Source: Candidatus Bipolaricaulia bacterium (GTDB lineage: Bacteria; Bipolaricaulota; Bipolaricaulia; RBG-16-55-9). Taken from it: a stretch of DNA of 64,000 bases. The notes beneath the pieces are model-generated. The model did not search any database and was not told the origin of the DNA. It saw only the letters and a program-made list of their open reading frames with translations. Position numbers and translations under genes: made by a program. Every line of letters starts with the position of its first letter. The stretch's first letter is position 1. This document shows positions 57,755 through 64,000 of the stretch, one piece after another. The DNA lies in the NCBI GenBank assembly GCA_042219045.1, contig JBDGQO010000033.1:28167-92166 (forward strand), given 5' to 3'.

Positions 57755-58411
57755 TCAATCGTTCTGATCGAGGTAGGCTTGAATTCCATCGATGATGGAC
57801 TTGGCTATTTGGGATTGGTACCAGAGCGTCTGGAGCCGCTGGGCTTCGGTCGGGTTGGTGAGGAATCCCGTTTCGACGATGATCGCGGGCACGTCGGCCC
57901 ATCGGAGGTAGAGCCGCTGCTCGCGCACGCCTCGGTGTTCGGCAAAACCGCTCAATTGGCTTGCCATCGTCCCCTCCATTTGGCGAGCAAAGCGTCGACT
58001 TGATCGGTAGTTCGACTCGGATGGCGTGTCGTGCACGAGCGTCTCGATGCCTTCGGCATTTGCGTTACGGTACGCGTTGGCGTGAATACTGACGTAGAGT
58101 TCGGCATTTACTTGGTGTGCAAGATCGATCCGATCCCGCAGTGACATGGTCTTGTCTGACCGACGAGTGAGCACGACGCGCAGGTTGGCTTCGCTATAAG
58201 CCATGATTTCCACCAGGCGGGTAATTTCAAGGTTGACCTGCTTTTCGGTAACGCCGTTCCAGCCGATTGCGCCGGGATCGGCCCCCCCGTGACCGGCGTC
58301 GATCACGACGGTCGTCGGGGTAGGGGGAGAGGCCTCGCTGGCGCCGACGATAACGAATGCGGTAATGATCGACAGAAGCGTGAGGGCAAGGAGTGCCCAA
58401 CCTGGCCTCAT
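57755..58411 (-). CDS. N-acetylmuramoyl-L-alanine amidase (Amidase_3 family)
   Basis: 218 aa. Signal/TM, VIDAGHGGADPGA, SIHANA, Glu in IIVETGFL. Confidence 0.85.
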   Translation of the reverse strand: MRPGWALLALTLLSIITAFVIVGASEASPPTPTTVVIDAGHGGADPGAIGWNGVTEKQVNLEITRLVEIMAYSEANLRVVLTRRSDKTMSLRDRIDLAHQVNAELYVSIHANAYRNANAEGIETLVHDTPSESNYRSSRRFARQMEGTMASQLSGFAEHRGVREQRLYLRWADVPAIIVETGFLTNPTEAQRLQTLWYQSQIAKSIIDGIQAYLDQND

Positions 58412-58514
58412 GCACGGCCTCCTTTGTGCGCTGGGGTGCTGATCCGGATCATAAGAGCGACGGACGAGACGGAACTATGATGTGAATTACGCCCGCGGAT
58501 CTCGCATCATCCCA

Positions 58515-58543
58515 TTGACGGGTTCACCCCGCGTGCTTACAAT
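58515..58543 (+). promoter_or_regulatory. sigma70-like promoter TTGACG-17-TACAAT driving pgsA with a very short leader
   Basis: Hexamers 58515-58520 and 58538-58543. Predicted TSS about 4-6 nt before ATG 58555. No SD visible. Confidence 0.4.
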
Positions 58544-58554
58544 CGAACCACACC

Positions 58555-59121
58555 ATGGCTTGGAACTTGCCGAACACGATCACGATCTTGCGCATAGCGA
58601 CGATCCCGCTGCTGCTGTTTGTGCTGCTGTCGGGCGTGATTCCGGGCGGCGAGATCGTGGCGTTGGTGATCTTTGCCTTGGCCTCGCTGTCGGACGCCGT
58701 TGACGGCTGGTTGGCGCGCAACCGCTCGCAAGAGACCGTGTTCGGGAAACTGGCCGATCCCATTGCGGACAAGCTTCTGATCATGGCCGCATTGGCAGTT
58801 TTCGTCGGTCGCAGTGATTTCTGGAACGAACTGTTGATCGTCTCGTTCGTCATCATCCTGGCCCGTGAGTTCCTCGTCATGGGGCTGCGCATGCTGGCGA
58901 TCGATAAAAATATCGTCATTTCCGCGAGCTGGTCCGGGAAATTGAAAACTTTGTCCCATATCGGACTGGTTTTAGTGTTGCTTATTGACAGCTTGGGCGG
59001 TTGGGGAACAATCAGCGGCATGATTGTCCCTGGCGCTATTTACCTTGCGGTGACGATGGCGCTCATCTCCGGCGTGGAGTACTTCTTCAAAAGCCGCGAG
59101 CTCTTCCGTACCGCTGCCTGA
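58555..59121 (+). CDS. pgsA: CDP-diacylglycerol--glycerol-3-phosphate 3-phosphatidyltransferase
   Basis: 188 aa. CDP-alcohol phosphatidyltransferase motif DAVDGWLAR...GKLADPIADK. Confidence 0.9.
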   Translation: MAWNLPNTITILRIATIPLLLFVLLSGVIPGGEIVALVIFALASLSDAVDGWLARNRSQETVFGKLADPIADKLLIMAALAVFVGRSDFWNELLIVSFVIILAREFLVMGLRMLAIDKNIVISASWSGKLKTLSHIGLVLVLLIDSLGGWGTISGMIVPGAIYLAVTMALISGVEYFFKSRELFRTAA

Positions 59122-59192
59122 CCGATCGCTGACCCATCCCCAGGTCGCAACAAGCCCGATCCCAACATTTCTAGGCAAGGAGGGGAGTCACA

Positions 59193-59819
59193 ATGGGGGA
59201 ATCGTCTGACGCCCGGCGCGTCGTCTTCCTGCGGGGCCACAAGGTGATCTTGCGTCCGCTCGACAAGGCGCGAGATGCCGACGTCTGCCAGCGTTGGATC
59301 AACGACCCGGACGTCAACCAGTTCCTGTTGGCCCATCGGCCCATCACGCCGACGGGCGAGGCCGAGTGGTTCGACCAGGTGGAGAAGTCCGACGAGGTCC
59401 ACTTGGCCATCGAGGCGGACGATGGCGTTTTCATTGGCCTCATGGGCATCCACGAGATCAGTTGGAAGGACCGGAGGGCCACCACGGGCGCGCTCATCGG
59501 CGAGAAAGCCTACTGGGGCCAGGGCTACGGGACCGACGCCAAGATGACGCTGTTGGATTACGCGTTCAACACGCTCAACCTACGCAAAATCTGTTCGTCG
59601 GTTTTGGAATTCAACGAGCGGAGCCTCGAGTACAACCTCCACTGCGGCTACCGGATCGAGGGGCGCCGCCGAGAGCAGTTCTTCCGCAACGGCCGTTACT
59701 GGGACGAGATCCTGCTCGGGCTGTTCAGGGAAGACTGGGAGCCCGTGTGGGCGCGCTACCGCGAGACCGGCAGCGTCTATGAGGAGACGTCCGAGGCCTC
59801 CGAGGCGTCGTCGGCATGA
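59193..59819 (+). CDS. GNAT family N-acetyltransferase (RimJ/RimL-like)
   Basis: 208 aa. Acetyl-CoA motif GQGYGTDAKMTLLDYAFNTL. AAGGAGGGG SD. Confidence 0.8.
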   Translation: MGESSDARRVVFLRGHKVILRPLDKARDADVCQRWINDPDVNQFLLAHRPITPTGEAEWFDQVEKSDEVHLAIEADDGVFIGLMGIHEISWKDRRATTGALIGEKAYWGQGYGTDAKMTLLDYAFNTLNLRKICSSVLEFNERSLEYNLHCGYRIEGRRREQFFRNGRYWDEILLGLFREDWEPVWARYRETGSVYEETSEASEASSA

Positions 59820-60181
59820 GGCCCGGGGGGGCCATTGGATCGCACCGAGCCCAAGCGCCGTTTCGCCCAACGGACCACGTTGATCGCCTGGGTGAAGGGA
59901 AGCAGGGGCCACGCCGCGAACGTCGCGATCAGCATGGTGTAGACGTTCGCCGGCGCGCCCTTGATCCCTTCTTCGTGGACATAGCGTTTCAAGCGGAGAT
60001 CGGGATGCAAGTCTGGCCGGTAGTCTGGGGGGACCAGGCTCCACACGTAGGCGAGGTAGCGCCGTTGGGCGCATCCGCCGATCGTCACGGGTTGATCTCG
60101 GCCTCGCTCGATGGCTGTGCCGACGAAATCCAGCCCCATCAGAAAGCTGTTCGGCATATCGACGATCGGCATCTGGCTCAT
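59777..60181 (-). CDS. Hypothetical protein (134 aa or shorter), no recognised domain
   Basis: ORF with 43-nt convergent overlap of GNAT gene. Start uncertain (M1/M9/M15). Confidence 0.4.
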   Translation of the reverse strand: MSQMPIVDMPNSFLMGLDFVGTAIERGRDQPVTIGGCAQRRYLAYVWSLVPPDYRPDLHPDLRLKRYVHEEGIKGAPANVYTMLIATFAAWPLLPFTQAINVVRWAKRRLGSVRSNGPPGPHADDASEASDVSS

Positions 60182-60218
60182 GGGAACATCGGCCTCAACG
60201 CAAGCAACGGACTGTGGC

Positions 60219-60818
60219 CTAAAACGGGGCCGTCAGCAAGCCCGACTCCACGCGGGCATCGTAAGGCTCGTCCACGGCAAAGTCGGCCTCGAGTTCGTCG
60301 ACCGGGATGGTCAGGGACGCGCTGCCGGCGTCGATGCGGCGGAACGTCATGGTGAGGAGCCGTTCTTCGCCGTCAACATCCGACTGGCGGACGGCGTGGA
60401 CGCGAATCTCGCCCTCCTCGTTGAGCCGCACGATGTCCGTGTTCCAGTTGGCTGAGCTCGAGACCGCCAACACGCGCGCCAGGTGATTGGGAAAGCGAAC
60501 CACGAAGTCCAGCTCCTGCGGGTTGCCCTCGACCCAGAGCGGAATCTCCACGGGCGAGCCGTTCCACGTCACGACGCGGCCAATCTCCAAGTGGACGCGA
60601 TTGCCCGTCGTTGGTGCAGCCGGTTCTGTGGTCGTCTGTTGGGAAGCGTCGTGCGCGGTCGTCGCCTCGGTGGCTGTCGCGTCGGCCTCGTCGGTTGCGG
60701 CGGGTTCTTCGGTCGACGTTGCCGGCGCAAGCGGCGAGGCCGGCTCGAAGCCGCCGGCAAAGAACAGCACCCCAGCGAACGCAGCGCCGATCAACAACAC
60801 GATCAACAACTGTTGCAT
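60219..60818 (-). CDS. Exported or membrane-anchored hypothetical protein with Thr/Ala/Glu-rich linker and ~110-aa beta-rich C-terminal domain
   Basis: 199 aa. N-terminal TM (LLIVLLIGAAFAGVLFFAGG), low-complexity linker, unknown domain. Confidence 0.55.
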   Translation of the reverse strand: MQQLLIVLLIGAAFAGVLFFAGGFEPASPLAPATSTEEPAATDEADATATEATTAHDASQQTTTEPAAPTTGNRVHLEIGRVVTWNGSPVEIPLWVEGNPQELDFVVRFPNHLARVLAVSSSANWNTDIVRLNEEGEIRVHAVRQSDVDGEERLLTMTFRRIDAGSASLTIPVDELEADFAVDEPYDARVESGLLTAPF

Positions 60819-60892
60819 GGACCCTCACTCCTCTGATGATCGCTTTGATCCCCATCATACCAGAGAAGTAGACGGTCGAAAACACCCTGTGC

Positions 60893-60921
60893 TTGCCGGA
60901 ATATGTCTTGCAGGCTACAAT
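60893..60921 (+). promoter_or_regulatory. Candidate promoter TTGCCG-17-TACAAT for the 60965 gene
   Basis: Hexamers 60893-60898 and 60916-60921, 17-nt spacer. GGAAAGGAG SD before ATG 60965. Confidence 0.35.
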
Positions 60922-60964
60922 CGCATGCTGATTTCACCGATCGACCCATGGAAAGGAGCCCAAG

Positions 60965-62353
60965 ATGCATCGATCGTTCCGCTGGCTCGGTTTGGGGGTG
61001 CTTGTGGTGTTGGCGCTCGTCGGAGCCACCGCCTCCGCCCAGACGGGCTCAACGCCGCTGGCGGTCGCCTGTGGCACCGACGGCCAAGCCCCCGACCTGA
61101 TCCCCGAGGTCCGTCGTGCCGCCGGCTTGGCCGCCGGCATCAAGCTGGACCGCAACGTCCAGGCGGAGTTCCAAAAGCTGATCGACGTCTTCTTCGCGAC
61201 CGAAGAGGAGCTTAACGCCGATCCGCCCGAGCCGATCTCCCGAGCCGAATTGACCGCGTTCGACCAGGCGCTGAGCAAGCGCATTGCCGAGTTGGAGGAG
61301 ATCGCCCGCGGTCCGAACGCTCCCTGTCGGCAAGTCGTGGAGTTCTCCGCCCTGGAGAATACCATGCTCGACAATGTCATGAACGCTGGCCTCGACGTGC
61401 AGCCGGCGAACACCCTCGCCTCGCTCTATGTGACCCAGGCGTTCGTCCGAGCCTATCTGGCCACCGATGTGGACCAAGTAACAGCTGAGGACGTGCAGAA
61501 CGACTTTCCGGCTGAAGCGTTCCTGGCCGAAGCGCGACGGATTACTGGCACCGCGAAGCAGGCGGATACCTTTGAGTTGGGGCTGTCGCGATCCATTCTC
61601 ACGCGCTTGTCGCTGTTGACATTCGCGAGCGACATCTTTTCAGAAAGTTTCGTCCTGGACGAGCTGCTCAATGCAGAGAAGTGGCGGAACGTGGCCTGTG
61701 GGGGGACCGAGTCGTTCTCCGAGGTGGGCTTGGAAATCGACGGATCAATCAAGTTCTCGCACGTCGACGGCGGTGGTTATCCGTTCCGCGAGACGGCGGC
61801 CACGTCCTGGTTCCAAGCCCAACTGCTGCGCAATCCGTTCGGCGTCCTGTTCGATCCGTCGTTCAGCGAGCGCCTCCGTGACGCGGCCATGAACGGGTGT
61901 ACGCCCGAACTCCGCACGGCAGCGGCCGACTTCTTCTTCCAGATCATGGACAAAAGCAATCGGGCTCAAGCGGCGCTCGAGGTGATCAACTCGGACACGA
62001 GCACCGAGTTCCAGCGCGCCGCCGCGCCCTGGGTCGCGATCCACTGGGCCCAACAGGACGACGGGCCGACGCCGACCGAACTGCAACAGCGGGCGCTCGA
62101 TGGTAAGACGGCGGGCACGCGAAACGCCGCCGGCTTAGCCCTCGGGCTCATTTGGGCCAAGCGCGTCCAGAAAGGCAACCTGGAACGGGGCTCGATCGTG
62201 GAGTTCCTTGGCTCGGATGGATCGACAACCCGGTCCGGAACGCTGGTCCAGTTCGCCTCGCTCCACACTGAGACGCACCCCGAGTTGGCGCGAGCGGCCG
62301 TGCTTCCGCTGACGCTCATGTATCTGGAAGACGCTGAGGCGGGAACGCGATGA
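60965..62353 (+). CDS. Secreted alpha-helical hypothetical protein (462 aa) with C-terminal HEAT/ARM-like repeats
   Basis: Signal peptide (LVVLALVGATASAQTGS). Wholly helical by composition. No catalytic motif recognised. Confidence 0.6.
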   Translation: MHRSFRWLGLGVLVVLALVGATASAQTGSTPLAVACGTDGQAPDLIPEVRRAAGLAAGIKLDRNVQAEFQKLIDVFFATEEELNADPPEPISRAELTAFDQALSKRIAELEEIARGPNAPCRQVVEFSALENTMLDNVMNAGLDVQPANTLASLYVTQAFVRAYLATDVDQVTAEDVQNDFPAEAFLAEARRITGTAKQADTFELGLSRSILTRLSLLTFASDIFSESFVLDELLNAEKWRNVACGGTESFSEVGLEIDGSIKFSHVDGGGYPFRETAATSWFQAQLLRNPFGVLFDPSFSERLRDAAMNGCTPELRTAAADFFFQIMDKSNRAQAALEVINSDTSTEFQRAAAPWVAIHWAQQDDGPTPTELQQRALDGKTAGTRNAAGLALGLIWAKRVQKGNLERGSIVEFLGSDGSTTRSGTLVQFASLHTETHPELARAAVLPLTLMYLEDAEAGTR

Positions 62354-62567
62354 CCTGTTGACCGGGGCTGGCCCGCCGTGCTAAGGTCACTTGTCATGGA
62401 CGGAAACGCGATCGCTTGCCCAAGTTGTGCCGTCGTGATGGGCTGGGGACCGGCCCGGTCATTCCTTCCGCTGTTTGCCCCCTAAGGGGGCATGATGACT
62501 CGCTGCCGACCGCTCGTTGTCGAGACCGAAGGCTCCGTTGCACGTCCGTTTTCCAGGGAGCGAGCTT

Positions 62568-63614
62568 ATGAGCACCCCGATCGCCGATTTGAAATCCACC
62601 GTTGAGGAACTGCGTCGCGAGGGCCGTGAGGCGCTGGCCGCGTGCGACACGCTCGACGACTGCGAAGCCACGCGCGTTGCCTATCTGGGCCGCAAGGGCA
62701 AGGTGACGAGGCTGTTCGAGCGCTTGGGTGAGCTCGGCCCCGACGAGAAACCGCAGGCGGGCAAGCTGCTCAACGAGCTGAAGCACGAGCTCGAAGCCGA
62801 GCTCCAAGCCCGCCGGGACGAGCTCGAAGCCGAGGAGATCGAGCGCCAACTCCAGACCGAGCGCGTCGACGTCACGCTGCCCGGGCGTCCGGCCCAAGTG
62901 GGCCAACTCCACGTGAGCACGCGGACGCTGCGCGAGGTCTGCAACGTCTTCGGGCAAATGGGGTTCGAGGTCTACGAGAGCCCGGACGTGGAGACCGACG
63001 AGTACAACTTCCAGTTGCTCAACATTCCGCCCGATCATCCGGCCCGCGACATGCAGAGCACGTTCTATACCACCCGACCGGGCGTGATCCTGCGGACCCA
63101 GACGAGTCCAGGACAGATCCGCGTCATGCGCGAGCGTTGCCCGGAGCCGATCCGGGTCGTCCTGCCGGGCATGTGCTACCGCTACGAGCAGATTACGCCG
63201 CGCTCCGAGATCCAGTTCCACCAGGTCGAAGGGCTCGCCGTCGGCGAGCGGATCACCATGGCCGACCTCAAGGGCACGCTCAGCGAATTCGCCCGCCAGA
63301 TGTTCGGCGCGACCGATACGCGCTTCCGCGGCAGCTACTTCCCGTTTACGGAACCGAGCGTCGAGCTCGACATTCGCTGCATCCTCTGCGACGGGGCGGG
63401 CTGTCGCGTCTGCAAACACACCGGCTGGCTGGAGATCCTCGGCGCCGGCATGGTGCATCCGAGGGTGCTGGAGAATGGCGGTTATGATCCCGGCGAATTC
63501 AGCGGATTCGCCTTCGGCCTTGGCCCCGAGCGCATCGCGATGCTGCGCCATGGCATCGAAGACATTCGGCTGTTCTGGGGCAACGACTTGCGGTTCTCGG
63601 AGCAGTTCGGCTGA
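62568..63614 (+). CDS. pheS: Phenylalanine--tRNA ligase alpha subunit
   Basis: Trimmed to MSTPIADLK... (348 aa). Class II motifs, FPFTEPS. Extra Cys4 cluster CILCDGAGCRVCKH. Confidence 0.92.
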   Translation: MSTPIADLKSTVEELRREGREALAACDTLDDCEATRVAYLGRKGKVTRLFERLGELGPDEKPQAGKLLNELKHELEAELQARRDELEAEEIERQLQTERVDVTLPGRPAQVGQLHVSTRTLREVCNVFGQMGFEVYESPDVETDEYNFQLLNIPPDHPARDMQSTFYTTRPGVILRTQTSPGQIRVMRERCPEPIRVVLPGMCYRYEQITPRSEIQFHQVEGLAVGERITMADLKGTLSEFARQMFGATDTRFRGSYFPFTEPSVELDIRCILCDGAGCRVCKHTGWLEILGAGMVHPRVLENGGYDPGEFSGFAFGLGPERIAMLRHGIEDIRLFWGNDLRFSEQFG

Positions 63615-63776
63615 GGAGAAGGAGCTGTGTTGGCAAGCGAGGGCGACGATCGCGTCAGTCATGGGCGGGGCGAGGGCCGCCAGGGCCCAGACACCCAGGG
63701 GAGCGTGGCCTCGGGTGGATCAGCTCGACGATCATCTGTCGACGCCGGACCCTTGAAAGGCGAGGAGGACTGAGCC

Positions 63777-64000
63777 ATGCGCGTTCCCAAGAGCTGGCTC
63801 GATCAATACGTACAGACGCCAGTATCCACTGACGAGTTGGCCCATCGGCTGACGCTGGCGGGCATCGAGCTTGAGGAGCACGAGACGCTGCCCGGCGATG
63901 GGCTGACGTGGGATCATCATGTCATCGGCCGCGTGGAGCGCGTCGAGGCCCACCCGAACGCCGACCGCCTGCTGCTGGCCCACGTGGACATCGGCAACGG
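63777..64000 (+). CDS. pheT: Phenylalanine--tRNA ligase beta subunit, N-terminal part; runs off the right edge of the window
   Basis: MRVPKSWLDQYVQTPVSTDELAHRLTLAGIELEE... Canonical PheT start. AAAGGCGAGGAGGA SD. Not in ORF track because it leaves the window. Confidence 0.85.
   Translation, partial: MRVPKSWLDQYVQTPVSTDELAHRLTLAGIELEEHETLPGDGLTWDHHVIGRVERVEAHPNADRLLLAHVDIGN

Noticed and set aside
1-64000. Search for CRISPR arrays, IS elements/transposases, integrases, rRNA, prophage blocks
   Set aside because: No regularly spaced direct repeats, no transposase- or integrase-like ORFs, no rRNA-like segments seen. The window looks like core chromosome with only small accessory patches.

Overview
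GC-rich (about two-thirds G+C by eye) bacterial chromosomal window, densely coded on both strands. I support about 70 protein genes and 2 tRNAs (tRNA-Gln-TTG, and an Arg-type tRNA with anticodon GCG). I see no rRNA, transposase or IS, integrase, CRISPR array or obvious prophage. Most content is core housekeeping: guaA, prmC, ispD, mutS, trxA, lgt, lptB, pyrG, miaB, ispG, glyA, rho-murA-hflX, holB, rnc, xseA, pyk, sdhCDAB, ubiE, dtd, rpmF, pgsA and pheST. Many long ORFs in the six-frame track are antisense or out-of-frame shadows typical of high GC. Several real genes sit inside over-extended ORFs and I trimmed them to internal starts: mutS, the VanX-like dipeptidase, holB, the polyprenyl synthase, the acyl-CoA dehydrogenase, DoxX and the LptC-like gene. 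The track also misses two genes that run off the window edges, a partial HflK-like gene at the left edge and pheT at the right, and all ORFs under 60 aa. I found no clearly defined novel system. The most unusual items are: (i) a periplasmic M16 peptidase pair whose inactive subunit carries a roughly 280-aa C-terminal domain that I read as LolA-like, followed by VWA, MazG-like and EndoIII-like genes; (ii) an FtsE-like ABC ATPase with Q-loop, signature, Walker-B and H-loop motifs all degenerate, partnered with FtsX; (iii) a VKOR plus Cys-rich DsbA-like disulfide module with a small basic Cys protein; (iv) a Cys-less CsoR/RcnR-family regulator in a trxA-doxX operon; (v) a tRNA-flanked stretch (43.4-46.4 kb) holding a strongly SD-driven 29-aa Phe-rich micropeptide and a lower-GC two-domain secreted protein; (vi) three unannotatable exported or hypothetical genes at 59.8-62.4 kb; (vii) an AT-rich island of about 80 nt with an 8-bp inverted repeat between convergent genes; (viii) a near-consensus CRP-type site and several sigma70-like promoters. 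All calls come from reading the sequence and ORF translations. No database search was run.
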